A stretch of 42,032 nt of DNA from a virus (IMGVR_UViG_3300038318_000193:1-42032), one strand, 5' to 3'. Numbered from the stretch's first letter, positions 27,647 to 39,700 are shown. A program made the numbers and translations. The notes: generated by a model not told the origin, from the letters alone.

Positions 27647-27667
27647 TCAATTATTATTTTATATAAT
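27647..27667 (+). promoter_or_regulatory. Conserved intergenic motif, copy 3
   Basis: TCAATTATTATTTTATATAAT upstream of ATG 27679. Confidence 0.5.
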
Positions 27668-27678
27668 AAGAATGCATT

Positions 27679-28434
27679 ATGGGGTTACTTACTACTATAT
27701 TAAAAGATTCTTCTAAGACAGCTTCTGCAGCAATAAACAATACTATTGATGCGGTAGAACAATATGGCATAGCAGCTGTTCATTCAATTGTCCCTGATGA
27801 TATTGAATATTATCTTTGTTCATTAGAATTATTTACAGAAAATAAAGAAAGAGTAGGATTCATATCATTTGTCGTAATGCCTTCTCAGATAGTAGAAAGT
27901 CATACTCCTATTCAAACAATGATAAAGACTAATAGAGGAATCTCTACTGTTTTTACAGACAGTTTTTCTCCTATAGATATTTCAATAGCAGGATCGTTTG
28001 GAAGAAAGTTTCGATTAATATTAAATTATACTGATCCTAATGATGTTCTTGATTCTAATAATAGTTTTTCTTCTCTCAATTTTGGAATAATTAAGGGAGT
28101 AAATTCTGGCGTGAAATCAGGATACGGATTGACAAAATTATTGGAACATATCCTAAGTAGAGCTAATAAGACAGAAAAGAATAAGCCTTTATATCTTGTA
28201 TTCAATAATTATTCATTCAATACATCTTATGTAACAGATGTAATTAATTATTCATTTAATCAAAATGAAAATTATAATATGATATGGAATTATTCTATAC
28301 AATTAAGAGCAGTAGCAGATAATAGAACTTTTTTTAGTTCTGAAAGTAAGACAAATTTTCTAAAAACAGTTTCTGCTAATTCAATAGCTACTGGATTGAC
28401 GAATATGGTTAATGAAATGACAAGAATGTTATGA
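27679..28434 (+). CDS. Baseplate/tail tube initiator-like protein
   Basis: VMPSQI, ISIAGSFG and YSIQLRAV motifs; synteny. Confidence 0.55.
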   Translation: MGLLTTILKDSSKTASAAINNTIDAVEQYGIAAVHSIVPDDIEYYLCSLELFTENKERVGFISFVVMPSQIVESHTPIQTMIKTNRGISTVFTDSFSPIDISIAGSFGRKFRLILNYTDPNDVLDSNNSFSSLNFGIIKGVNSGVKSGYGLTKLLEHILSRANKTEKNKPLYLVFNNYSFNTSYVTDVINYSFNQNENYNMIWNYSIQLRAVADNRTFFSSESKTNFLKTVSANSIATGLTNMVNEMTRML

Positions 28435-29336
28435 TATCAGAAATAGCCAATAATTTTCAAAATATAACGAAATTTGATCTACTTCAATATTTTATTGATT
28501 ATGCAGATTTTTTAAAGAATCAATATTCTTATGTATATGAATATTTTTCTGGTAAATCAGAGACTATTGATTCGTCTTATATATTTAATTTAAAAGATCT
28601 TATTAATAGAAGTGATATATTATTAAAAAGATTTTCAACTTTTGCCACAAAATTAGGAAATTCAGGATATTGGGAATTACAACAATATTGTCAAGATTTA
28701 AACGATACATTAGAAAGAATAACTAAACTCCCTAAATACAATAGAGTATCTAAGACTGCCAGGGGATACAAATCTGTAGTTCAAAAAGATTATTCTGTAG
28801 GAGGAATGAAAACTATACAGGATGTTGCTTTAGGTATGAAAAATTCTATTCCCGAAAATGAATTAATTCTTAATAATGACCTAGAAGAAAACGATTATGA
28901 TATAGATAATCTATCTAATATTAAGGCTATGATAAGTAACACAAATTCAGTGGTTGTAGATAGCATAATAGAAGAACCTATTGGAGAAAAAGTATATGGT
29001 AGAGATATATCTAAAAATATAGATTTTGAAGATAATGATTTAAAGATAGTTAGATATGAAGATAATGTTAATCAAAAAATTGAAACTCTTCTTACTTTAG
29101 AAAAAGGAGATATACCAGAGTTTCCGGATTATGGAAGAGATAAATTAGAAGGGACAAATTATTCTAATTATAACTTTACATCATTACAACAAGATTTAAT
29201 GAATACTTTTAATGGTGATGATTTATTCGATTATATAAAAATAACTGATGCATCATTTGATAATGGATCGCTTACTATTACTTGTGATGTTAAGACAAAA
29301 TATACTTATTCGACCGTAAAAAATATTACGATATGA
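28431..29336 (+). CDS. Baseplate wedge protein with a C-terminal gp25/gp46-like domain
   Basis: GRDI...DL...N..Q...L..EKGDIPEFPDYG motif; precedes the J-like gene. Confidence 0.7.
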   Translation: MISEIANNFQNITKFDLLQYFIDYADFLKNQYSYVYEYFSGKSETIDSSYIFNLKDLINRSDILLKRFSTFATKLGNSGYWELQQYCQDLNDTLERITKLPKYNRVSKTARGYKSVVQKDYSVGGMKTIQDVALGMKNSIPENELILNNDLEENDYDIDNLSNIKAMISNTNSVVVDSIIEEPIGEKVYGRDISKNIDFEDNDLKIVRYEDNVNQKIETLLTLEKGDIPEFPDYGRDKLEGTNYSNYNFTSLQQDLMNTFNGDDLFDYIKITDASFDNGSLTITCDVKTKYTYSTVKNITI

Positions 29337-30529
29337 TTACAAAGATAACCACAGTAGATGAATTAAAGCAGATATTTATTGAAATTCTTTTAAATAAGAC
29401 AGATAAAATTTCCGATATTTCAAATGATTCCGTATTGAATGGAATAGCCTATGGCTGCGCTAAATTAGCACAACGTCTAATGGTTAATGAAGCAGTTATT
29501 GAAGGTCATTTGTTCCCTGATACAGCATATGGGCAATATTTAGATGAAATAGCTAAATTAAATGGTATATCAGATAGATTTACAGAATTCGGTAGTTCTA
29601 CTTATGTTCGTGTTGAGGGAGAAGAAGGAACGACTTATTCAAAAGCTACAACAACTTTTACTTCAACTAGCGGAATAACATTTATTCCAGATGAAGATTT
29701 TACCATTGATGAAAATGGATATGGATACATATCTGTTCATTCATTACAAACTGGAAGCACAACAAATGTAGATGCTTTAACAATAAATACTGTTTCTCCT
29801 GTCCCCAACGGTCATACCTCTTGTACAAATGAATATAGAGCTACAGGAGGAATGGATAATGAAGATGACGATACATTTAGACAAAGAATAAAGGAAAGTG
29901 TTAATCAATTAGCTAGGAATACTATATCTTATTTGGAACAAATCTTTATGAAGATAAATAAAAAGGTTCTAAAGATTAATAAAGGAGGAATAGATTCTTA
30001 TGGTAATTTTAATTTGACTGTTGTTCCAATAAATGGTCAAAATTTCACAGATGAAGAATTCAATGAGATATTATCTAAATCTGAACAATTTTTACCTCTT
30101 GATGAATTATTGAAAAATGATTCAGGATTTTCTTTGAAATTAAATAATGTTGATTGGCATCCAATAGATATAGACTTTAGAGTAGATATAGATTCTAGCT
30201 ATGATAAAGATGTTGTTAGGAATAATATGCAAGTGGCAATTAGTAAGCTATTTGATTATAGATCATGGGAACAAGGAGAAAAAATAGAATGGAATAATAT
30301 ATTATATGCTGCAAAAAATATAGACGGAGTAAGATATATACCAGATGCTTATTTTTCTCCTTCTGCAGATATTAATATTGATAAATATCAATTACCTCGT
30401 GTAAGAGGATTCATAATTAGGGATTTAGATGGAAATATTATTTTTGATAATAAAAATGTATTATCTTCTTTTAATTATCCTAATGATTCAGATAATAATT
30501 TTTCATCTTCAGTAATTCAAGATATATGA
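29333..30529 (+). CDS. Baseplate J-like (gp6/gp47) protein
   Basis: TAYGQYLDEIA...R and ATGGMDNEDDDTFRQRI motifs. Confidence 0.92.
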   Translation: MITKITTVDELKQIFIEILLNKTDKISDISNDSVLNGIAYGCAKLAQRLMVNEAVIEGHLFPDTAYGQYLDEIAKLNGISDRFTEFGSSTYVRVEGEEGTTYSKATTTFTSTSGITFIPDEDFTIDENGYGYISVHSLQTGSTTNVDALTINTVSPVPNGHTSCTNEYRATGGMDNEDDDTFRQRIKESVNQLARNTISYLEQIFMKINKKVLKINKGGIDSYGNFNLTVVPINGQNFTDEEFNEILSKSEQFLPLDELLKNDSGFSLKLNNVDWHPIDIDFRVDIDSSYDKDVVRNNMQVAISKLFDYRSWEQGEKIEWNNILYAAKNIDGVRYIPDAYFSPSADINIDKYQLPRVRGFIIRDLDGNIIFDNKNVLSSFNYPNDSDNNFSSSVIQDI

Positions 30530-30834
30530 TAGTATGTAGTACCAAAACCATAACAAAAACAAAAGATTCAGGTAAGGCTGAAATTTATTGTTTTTCTGAT
30601 AAAAATAGTGATGGAACAACTGTACCATCTCTTTTTGAAGCCGATTTAATATCAGAAGAAGGAAGTGAAATAAACGGAGTTAAGGGAAAGATTGGAGAAT
30701 TATTATTGTCTGATGATGATAGTAATAATAAAAGTAATATTAATAGTAATGGAGAGTTAATAATAGATTTATCTGATGATGATCCTCAAAAATACGGATT
30801 AAGTAATGGAGAATTAATATATGAGCAAGGATAA
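30526..30834 (+). CDS. Hypothetical baseplate-region protein
   Basis: Coupled ORF; NGELI repeated twice. Confidence 0.5.
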   Translation: MIVCSTKTITKTKDSGKAEIYCFSDKNSDGTTVPSLFEADLISEEGSEINGVKGKIGELLLSDDDSNNKSNINSNGELIIDLSDDDPQKYGLSNGELIYEQG

Positions 30835-32464
30835 TATACTTTCAATTGTAGGAGATTCTATATTAATAGAAGTTAAACCAAAGGCTAATGGTATAATTTC
30901 CAATATATCCTCTTATAAATTTAACTTTGATAATGAAGATGTAAGAGATATAAATTTTTTTTATAGAATAAGACAAGAAGATATTTTTTATACAGATTGG
31001 CAGGAGATAAATAGCAGTGGTTCCGATTTATCATCAATAAAAATAACTCAAGATTCTGAATTACAATTCAGATTTGTTAGGGTGTCAAAAACATACGTTC
31101 TTGCCGATATTTCATTTTTAAACTTGACATTAGATGGAGATTATATTACACATATAATAAAATCTCCAGTGCTTAATTCAAGTATATTCAAATCAATAGC
31201 TTGGGAAGATGATACAGAAAGTCTTTCTAGAAATCTTTTTAAGAAATTGTATTATCGGGGTATAATTCCTAATTATATAAAAAGAGGAGATAATATAGAT
31301 CGTAATGAAGATGAAGATTATGTAATATTATTTTCTTCTATAGCAAAATTTTTTGCCACTATTATTGAATTTCTTAAAAGGTTTGAAAATATAGATTCAA
31401 ATATAGATCTTTTGCAAGAATATGTTGAACAAAAGGGATTATTCTTTAATAGAGGAAAGGCGACGCTAGATGAATTACAATATCTTGCTAAGAATTATTA
31501 TCATGAACTTTCAAAACGTGGTACAGAAATGATTATGTTTCGTAAGGGACATATTCTTAATGATAGTAAAGAAACGAATATAGATGGTGAATTTATAAGA
31601 TTAATACAATCTACAGTAAATAATGAATTACTATATGAATTAATTCCGTCTTGTAACGTAGGATGGTGCTTAGGATATAGTTCTCCTATGTATAAAGGAA
31701 CAAATAGTAAAGATATTAATTTGAATAAAACTCCTGAAAATACAGAAGATTTTAAAGATATATCTAAGTATAGAACATTTGGAAATGTATCATTGCAAAC
31801 AGATAGCAATAAAACATTTTTAAGAATTGGTAATAATAGTGGATTAGGAAGTAATGATAATTCTGATGAAAAATCTTGTGTTGTTTCATCAAGAATGGAT
31901 TATGAAATATCATTTAGTTTTAGAACCAGTTCTAATAATGGCAATATTTCTTTTTCTGTAAAAGGTTTTGACAATTTAGGTAATATTCTCAATGATTCAT
32001 TTATACATTCTGATAATGGAGAGATAACCAATTACTTTGTACAAAATCTATCACTATCTCATTTTGTTATAAATAAATGGTATTGTGTTAAATGTATAGT
32101 TCATTGTTATTTTTCGCAAAATAAATATAATGATGTTCTTAATATTGGGTTTGGAAATAATTTATATTTTAACAATCCATTCACAAGAAAGATTATTCCG
32201 ACCATAGAAACAGATAGTCAATCTACTATTGATATCTGGAATTATAAGATAAGACCTCTTGCGAGAGGAACAAATATTATTCCTCTAAGGAATAAACAAA
32301 TTAATAATGCATTTAGTATTGGATTTTTGCAATCTAATAGAATATTTCATGTTTTTTTTGAAAATAAAAATAAATCACAATCTAAATCTGACATAACAGA
32401 CTTAATAGAAAGATATCTGCTTCCTTTCTCTGTTACAGATATATTAACTTATATAGATAATTAA
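30821..32464 (+). CDS. Baseplate wedge/structural protein
   Basis: KRGT motif and C-terminal IERYLLP, like gpI/gp7-type wedge subunits; synteny. Confidence 0.55.
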   Translation: MSKDNILSIVGDSILIEVKPKANGIISNISSYKFNFDNEDVRDINFFYRIRQEDIFYTDWQEINSSGSDLSSIKITQDSELQFRFVRVSKTYVLADISFLNLTLDGDYITHIIKSPVLNSSIFKSIAWEDDTESLSRNLFKKLYYRGIIPNYIKRGDNIDRNEDEDYVILFSSIAKFFATIIEFLKRFENIDSNIDLLQEYVEQKGLFFNRGKATLDELQYLAKNYYHELSKRGTEMIMFRKGHILNDSKETNIDGEFIRLIQSTVNNELLYELIPSCNVGWCLGYSSPMYKGTNSKDINLNKTPENTEDFKDISKYRTFGNVSLQTDSNKTFLRIGNNSGLGSNDNSDEKSCVVSSRMDYEISFSFRTSSNNGNISFSVKGFDNLGNILNDSFIHSDNGEITNYFVQNLSLSHFVINKWYCVKCIVHCYFSQNKYNDVLNIGFGNNLYFNNPFTRKIIPTIETDSQSTIDIWNYKIRPLARGTNIIPLRNKQINNAFSIGFLQSNRIFHVFFENKNKSQSKSDITDLIERYLLPFSVTDILTYIDN

Positions 32465-32467
32465 ATT

Positions 32468-33901
32468 ATGGCAACAGTAAATTTTAGTGCAAATTTATTT
32501 CTAGAAGTAAATGAATTGAATCGCCTAAAAAAATCAATAGTAGACGATGGGTATAAAAAAATTCTTAAATGTATAATAAAATCATTTGGAATTATTTTAG
32601 ATAAAAATGCTTATTTTAAAACATCTAATAAAAATGGTTCAAGTACTAATGTAATAATAAATCCTGGACTAGCGATAGATTCTAATTTGAATATTATTAA
32701 ACTACTTAATAACACAGAATTAGAAATCCCTAATAATGGTATAACATCAAAACAATGGATAATCATAGAATATAAATCTACTAATATAGAATTAGGAACT
32801 GTAAATATTTCTTCCACAGGAGAGTTAACAGGAAACGGTACTGAATTTCTTAGTGTTTTGAGAGGACAGCCTAATTTTCCAGTGAAAGTTAAATTAATTT
32901 CGTCTCAAAATACTTCTGAATATGAAGTAGTTGATGTGACTTCTGATACTGTTGCTACATTATCTGGGAATTTTGTTGCAGAAAATAATGTTAAATATGA
33001 AGTTATAGGAACTTTTACTCCTGGATTTCAACCGTCAGAAAATGATAAATATATATATAGTTATGATGATTGCAATATTTCAATAATAGAAAGTGATGAT
33101 ATACCTACATTAGAGGATAATCAATATATAATAGCTCTTTGTCAATATGACAATAATGGATATGTAAACATAACAGATGAAAGGATTAATTATGTATTTA
33201 GTACAACTTCTTCTAATTCTGAAGTAGATCCTGAGGATAATGATTCCCTAGTTTCTTTACTATCTGCTTCGATTGTCTCTAAGAATAGACAAGGAATATG
33301 TTTAGAAATGATTTTAGAACATGGCTATGAAGTCACAAAATATGAATTAACTAATACTGCTACTTCTACTATATTTAGCATTTTGTCTGGAAGCAACAAT
33401 TTCTTAGGAGCAGATAACATTCCTGATAATATATTTAACGGTTGGCTATTAGTTAATCGAAATAGTATGAAGAAGGGGATAATTTCTAAAAATATTGGGA
33501 AATCGTTATATTTAGATTCTTATGACTCTGAATTATTTGATGATATAAATGTTGTTGATTTTGTTGTAATTCCTGACTTTAAAGAAATTGAATATCAAAT
33601 TACATTATCTAATAATACAACAAATTCATCCGTTCCATATAGATTTAAATATAGTATACAAAATACTTTAAATAGAATAAATGCTTTTATCGCTTTTCCA
33701 ATAGTTAATAATTCTTATGAAGATAATGTAACGGTATCTATAAAATATCGCTTTATAGGATTGGAATCTTATGCCTATCACGATCTTGCGATAGCTCAAT
33801 ATACTAATGTAGAAGGAATTTCTGAAACTTTAGCTAATTCTAACTTTAGCGTTAATGTGAAGAGCTACGAACCAGAGGAAGAAAAACGTAATTATTCATA
33901 A
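32468..33901 (+). CDS. Baseplate/fiber-attachment structural protein
   Basis: FLEVNELNRL start, INPGLAID and ITDER motifs. Confidence 0.55.
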   Translation: MATVNFSANLFLEVNELNRLKKSIVDDGYKKILKCIIKSFGIILDKNAYFKTSNKNGSSTNVIINPGLAIDSNLNIIKLLNNTELEIPNNGITSKQWIIIEYKSTNIELGTVNISSTGELTGNGTEFLSVLRGQPNFPVKVKLISSQNTSEYEVVDVTSDTVATLSGNFVAENNVKYEVIGTFTPGFQPSENDKYIYSYDDCNISIIESDDIPTLEDNQYIIALCQYDNNGYVNITDERINYVFSTTSSNSEVDPEDNDSLVSLLSASIVSKNRQGICLEMILEHGYEVTKYELTNTATSTIFSILSGSNNFLGADNIPDNIFNGWLLVNRNSMKKGIISKNIGKSLYLDSYDSELFDDINVVDFVVIPDFKEIEYQITLSNNTTNSSVPYRFKYSIQNTLNRINAFIAFPIVNNSYEDNVTVSIKYRFIGLESYAYHDLAIAQYTNVEGISETLANSNFSVNVKSYEPEEEKRNYS

Positions 33902-33918
33902 TTAAAAAGGAAATTGAT

Positions 33919-34770
33919 ATGATGTTATATTTAACGGGAGCTAATATTTCTTTAGCAGAAAACAGCGAAGCTCCACAACCAGATTCATTAAAAAGTTTAG
34001 GAGGATATGTTTCATCTTCTCCCGTACCTAGTGCTTCCGTAAATACTTTATTTGATGAAATATCTTTAACCACAATAAAAAGGTCTCGTGCTGAATGTAT
34101 TGCAATTGCTTTAGTAAACAAATTATCTACTAGTGTTAGTAATATAAAAGCAAAATTTGTAATGGAACCGGAAGATATTGCTACATTTAAAATTGCATCT
34201 GTAGAAATTGGAAATAATTTATTAATGGAAAAAATTGACAATAGATATTCAGAACCAATACAAGCAACTTTTTATGATGCAACCTTTAATCGAGGAGCTG
34301 TTGATGTAGAAATTAAAAATCCTGGGTCAATAGGAGAACAAATGTCATTTGAACCCTTTAATATAATTTCAGATGAAATAAAAGATGCAACTTATGACGG
34401 AACGTTTAATGCTATAAATAGCGCTTTTTTAAAATCCACTATCTATACTACAAAACGTTTAGATGAAACAAAATTCAGAATTGAAAAAATAAATAATGAT
34501 ATTATAGAGACACCATTTGTTTGTTCATATATCGCTTCTGATTCTGCAATATTAGAATTTAGCGGAGAATTTAAGAATGATATTAATAATACGGTTAAAT
34601 TAGCAGATTCCTTATCTTCAGGAAAAGCAATAGGATTATGGATACAAAGAGACATAACAAATTATACTCCTCCTGTAAATGAGAAGTTAATAGAAGATTA
34701 TGATAATCAATTAATTAAAGACACATTAGAAAAAATTGAATTAGAAATTGATTATGATATCAATTCTTAA
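33919..34770 (+). CDS. Virion structural protein
   Basis: SLGGYVSS...LFDEIS...GLWIQR motif seen in myophage tail-region proteins. Confidence 0.5.
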   Translation: MMLYLTGANISLAENSEAPQPDSLKSLGGYVSSSPVPSASVNTLFDEISLTTIKRSRAECIAIALVNKLSTSVSNIKAKFVMEPEDIATFKIASVEIGNNLLMEKIDNRYSEPIQATFYDATFNRGAVDVEIKNPGSIGEQMSFEPFNIISDEIKDATYDGTFNAINSAFLKSTIYTTKRLDETKFRIEKINNDIIETPFVCSYIASDSAILEFSGEFKNDINNTVKLADSLSSGKAIGLWIQRDITNYTPPVNEKLIEDYDNQLIKDTLEKIELEIDYDINS

Positions 34771-34777
34771 GCATAAA

Positions 34778-34798
34778 TCAGTTATTATTTTATAAAAT
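34778..34798 (+). promoter_or_regulatory. Conserved intergenic motif, copy 4
   Basis: TCAGTTATTATTTTATAAAAT upstream of ATG 34808. Confidence 0.5.
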
Positions 34799-34807
34799 AA
34801 TTTTATT

Positions 34808-35110
34808 ATGGAAAAAGATAATTATGTTCATGTTGGACAAATAATTGAAGATGATAAAGTTAATAGAATCAAGCATATTAGCAAATCTATTAACTTTGAT
34901 TCAACAGACAATACAATAAAAAAGGCAAACGAATTTAATTGTGAAGGAGAATTATCTCCTGAAATAAAAGAATTTGAAAAAGCCATTGAAAATACTTCAA
35001 AATCAGATAAAGAAATTTATCTTGTTAAGGCGCAAAGAGAATTATTGAAAAATCCTAATAATCTTAAACTAAAACAAATTAAAGCAATCTTAATAAATCA
35101 CTTATCTTAA
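34808..35110 (+). CDS. Small hypothetical protein rich in xxKA/KS motifs
   Basis: ISKS, IKKA, FEKA, LVKA; has its own upstream conserved motif. Confidence 0.55.
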   Translation: MEKDNYVHVGQIIEDDKVNRIKHISKSINFDSTDNTIKKANEFNCEGELSPEIKEFEKAIENTSKSDKEIYLVKAQRELLKNPNNLKLKQIKAILINHLS

Positions 35111-35116
35111 TAAGAT

Positions 35117-36490
35117 ATGAATAGCTACGATTCAATAAGACAATTAATATCAGATACTCTTACTAATAGAGCTTTAGGACTAGAAATACAACCCGAAGCT
35201 CATGAAAAGATGGATTTAGCTATATTAGACTATATAAAAGAAGTTGAATCTGTTACAACTAGTACATTAATGGGAATAGCAGAAGTAGATACTGCTCCTG
35301 TACAACCAAATGATTCAAATGTTGTTTATTTAGGAACTATATTATCAGATTCATCTAATGTTTATATCAATTTTAAAGATTTAAATGGCATTCCTATCAC
35401 TGTTTCAACTGGAGATGACGAATCTTATCTTTTAGCTTTTATCTGGAATAAAAGTTATTGGACAGTTTTGAAATTATCCACTTCTGTTATTGCAAAAGGA
35501 GATAATCAACAAATTTATTATCAACTTAAATCAAGAAAATTTTATGCAAGTTATTCTGATATGATTAGCGATACTAGTCTTATTGGATTTAATGGCAAAG
35601 TAATATCTGTTGGAGAATTTGTAACAGTTTATAATTCTTCAGATACATCTAAAAATGGTGTATATGTTAGAATAAATGGAGGATGGAGTTTTATTTCTGC
35701 ACTTAATTTGGGAATAACAAGTGAAATAAATATGGATGAAACATATCCTCTTCAAAGCGGATATTATAATCTTACTACTGCTATTGCTAAGGTAGACACA
35801 GCTTTAAGAGCTATTAATGCAAAGATAACATTTGCATCTGCTGAAGGAATACAAGAAACTTATCAATACACAAATTCTAATATTGCTAATTGGAATACTG
35901 TTGATAATTGGGAAATTCTTTCAATAACAGGAAAGTATGGAAATCTTGGGATAGTAACAAATCTTGATACGATAGCACGAACAGGTAATTATACGGTATA
36001 TGGCACGGCTACAGGTGCTCCGTCAACTACCTATAGCTGGTTTATAGAGCATATTAATAGTTCTGCAGGTACTGTTACTGCCTATCAGAGGGCTATTGCA
36101 TATTCGACTGATAATATTGTCTATGAAAGAACAAAGATAGGAAGTACTTGGGAGAGCTGGATTAGAAATCCTAATTTAGCTGATATTACCATTTTAAATG
36201 ATAATAAAGTAGATAAAACACAATATAACGTAGATTTACCTAAAAAAGTAGATAAAACAACAAAAATAAATGATCACGAGCTTTCTTCAGATGTTAATCT
36301 TACAAAAGATGATATTGGGTTGTCAAATGTAGATAATACCTCAGATAATAATAAACCAATAAGTACATTACAACAACAAGCTCTTAATGAAAAGTTAGAT
36401 TCATCTAAGATAATTATTCTTTCAGAAGATGCTTGGGACGCTTTAACAACAAAAGTTGAAGGAGCAATTTATTTAATTTATACAGAATGA
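35117..36490 (+). CDS. Tail fiber protein with a pyocin-knob-like domain
   Basis: NLDTIARTGNY...GAP...YQRA...YER...TWESW knob; LTKDDIGLSNVDNTSDNNKPIS tail repeat. Confidence 0.75.
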   Translation: MNSYDSIRQLISDTLTNRALGLEIQPEAHEKMDLAILDYIKEVESVTTSTLMGIAEVDTAPVQPNDSNVVYLGTILSDSSNVYINFKDLNGIPITVSTGDDESYLLAFIWNKSYWTVLKLSTSVIAKGDNQQIYYQLKSRKFYASYSDMISDTSLIGFNGKVISVGEFVTVYNSSDTSKNGVYVRINGGWSFISALNLGITSEINMDETYPLQSGYYNLTTAIAKVDTALRAINAKITFASAEGIQETYQYTNSNIANWNTVDNWEILSITGKYGNLGIVTNLDTIARTGNYTVYGTATGAPSTTYSWFIEHINSSAGTVTAYQRAIAYSTDNIVYERTKIGSTWESWIRNPNLADITILNDNKVDKTQYNVDLPKKVDKTTKINDHELSSDVNLTKDDIGLSNVDNTSDNNKPISTLQQQALNEKLDSSKIIILSEDAWDALTTKVEGAIYLIYTE

Positions 36491-36702
36491 TAGTAAATAG
36501 AAAAAATAATTATGATAAAGAAATTGAAACATTAAAAGTTATAATTGATGGTTCAGTTAAAGAAATATATGAAGGATATTGTATAATAAATAATGTTGTA
36601 AAAATTATTTATGAAGCTATATCTTCTTGTTTTGGTCTTGGATATTGGAGAAACGAAAAAGGATGGCTTGATCAAGAAGGTTGGAGAAATAATAAAAAAT
36701 AA
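36487..36702 (+). CDS. Small tail-associated protein
   Basis: SCFGLGYWRNEKGWLDQEGW motif; coupled to its neighbours. Confidence 0.55.
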   Translation: MIVNRKNNYDKEIETLKVIIDGSVKEIYEGYCIINNVVKIIYEAISSCFGLGYWRNEKGWLDQEGWRNNKK

Positions 36703-36711
36703 TAAGATAAT

Positions 36712-39700
36712 ATGGCACAGAAAGTATACGATAATGATATTGATAAATCTGTAGAATGGTCTGGTGATTCTACTACAGGAAACTTACCAGTCTCAGGGAG
36801 AGCTATTCAAAAATTCTTAAAAAATGGATTAGAAACTAGATTTGGTTCATTATATTATGATCAGAATAATAATAGATATGTAGCATTTGCAGATACTACT
36901 GACAGGGATTTATATATAAAGGATCCAGTTACTAATTTAGGACTAGTATTAGCAACATGGGATGCACCTGCTGCATATACTGTTACCTATCAATTATTGA
37001 CTGAAACTACTGTATACATCCTAAATGGCCAGACGGGAAATTATATAAGATATACTTTTGCTACAGTTAATAAGAATAATCAACCAATAGGTGAAGCAGT
37101 AAGTGTTACTTATAACTTTACAAATGGTAATACTAAAACTTCAGTTAAAAAGGAGTATGCCGCAGGAACTACTGTAGAATTTTTATTAGATAACTATATA
37201 AATATAGGTACTAATAGAATACAAGTAGTAATTACTGGTTTAACTACCTTAATAAGTACTTCATTTTTAATTACTTATAATGTAGTTCAACTTGACTTAG
37301 CCACATCGTATAATATGGCTACTGTCAATAAAACGAATATATTAGTAATACCATATACATTAACTGGTGCAGGAGCTAAAACAACAGAATTCTATATTGA
37401 TGGTCATAAGGTAACAGCCCTAGGTGAGGATACTGCTACAGCAACTTCAGTATCTAAATCTAGAACTATAGATTTATCTTCATTTAATCTTAAAGATGGT
37501 ATTCATAATCTCCAAATAAGATCTTATGTAATAAATAATTCTCAAACATTCTATAGTAATACTTTATATCGTAATTTCATTATTGATAAAAGTGCAAATC
37601 TTACTGGTAATTATGTTGGAGTAGGTACTGATTTACCATCAGGATCTTTAATAGCTACTGGTAATAATCTTGAAATAAGTGTTACTCAATTTGAGCAATT
37701 TTCAATTAGTTATTTTGGATATAGTTCTGGAGCTATTACTACTATTCCTATTACAGTTAAATTAGGTACTCTTACAATAGCTTCAATAAATACTACTAAT
37801 GATATTGTAAATACTTGGAATTATATTTCTCATAATTATGGTACCGATACTTTACATTTTATTACTAGTGATCAAGATTTACCAATTAACTTAGATATTG
37901 CACAATCGACTACTGGATTAACTGAAGTAACATCTGGATTAACAGTTAAGCTTAATGCTGTTGGTAGGTCTAATAATGATACTGATAAAAATTCTTGGAC
38001 TTATGGAAATTATTCCACTATTTTTAATAATTTTCAGTGGACCCCACAATCTGGATGGGATGGTACCTCATTAGTAATGTCTAATGGTTCTAATATTGAA
38101 GTTAATGTAAAACCATTTAATTCTGATATTAAGGCTACAGGAATGGCTATTGAAGTAGATTTCATGGCTACTAATGTAATTGATGATAATGCTATTATAT
38201 TTTCATGCGTAAATACTGATACTAATGTAGGATGTATAATTACTGGTCAGATGATAAGTATGACTTCTCCTGCAGGCACTACTTGTAAAATGATGTATGC
38301 TGCAGAGGAACGCAATCATGTTATATTTATGATTACTAAAACCTCTGAGACTTATCATAACCTAATGATGATATTCATCAATGGTATTATGTCAGCATCA
38401 GCAGTATATCAGAATACTGAATCATTTACTGGTCAGCAAACAGTAAAAGTAGGAAATGCTGCTGGTAATGCTGGTATTAAATTATATAATTTAAAAACAT
38501 TTACTTCTGATTTTTCAGATGATGATGCTGTTAATGAGTATATAATATCTAAAGAGGATTCATCTGAATTACTTGAACTGTACAATAAGAATAATATTTA
38601 TGATGAAAATGGAGAGGTCAGCATTGATAAAATATCTGCTATTTGTCCTGTAATGAAAGTTACTGGTGATCTAGATACCTTAATGGCTACTTCTGATAAG
38701 AATGTTAAGGTGCATGTTGATATAGATTATATCAATTTACAAGATCCCAAAAAATCCTTTACCACGAAAGGTACAGAGATGAAATTACAGGGTACATCAT
38801 CATTAGGTTATCCTCGTAAAAACTGGAAGATTAATCTTAAGACAGGTAGCTCCAAGATGTGGGATTCTGATGATAATCCCGTTGATGGACTTGAGTATAC
38901 TTTATACGATGATGATCCAGCTGAGTCGAAATGGACTTTTAAAGCTGATTATATGGATTCCTCCATGTCTCGTAACTCATCTATTGCAAGATTATGGAAT
39001 GATGCAATGTATAATGCTCAAATAGGAGGTGGATATAGTTTACGTACTGACCCACAAGTTTACCAAGCTGCAAATCCCACAGTATATCCTTATAAAGTAA
39101 GAACCACTCCTAACAGTCTGCCTATCGTAATGTTTTATAGAGAGACTGAGAGTAATGATTGGATATTCTTAGGACAATATAATTTTCTTAATGATAAAGG
39201 AAATGATACTCTATACGGATTTAAAGGTGTAACTGGATTCGATAATTCCAATGCTATATGCTTTGAAGGTCTAGAGAATACTACTACTTTATCAAAATTT
39301 AGGGATGTATCTACTTTTGATGCATCGTGGAATAATACCTGGTCATTCAGATATCCTGACTATGATGATGCTAGTGGATTAAATCCTAGTAAGCTCACTG
39401 ATAGAGCATCTAAAATAGCTAGTCTTAAAGATTTTGTTACCTGGATCAATTCTACAATTCATGAAGATGGTACAGTATATGGTCCTACTATTACAATTAA
39501 TGCTGAATATAAAGCAAATGATGCAGATTATAAAGCTCTTATAGCAGGTAATGGTGGTAGTAATATTTTTACTGGAAATGCCACTAATAGGCAATTAAAA
39601 TTTAAGTGGGAAAAGTGGGATCATTTTGATGTATATAAATTAGCGGCTTACTATGTTTATTTAATGAGATATGGTGCTGTAGATCAAGTAGTCAAAAATA

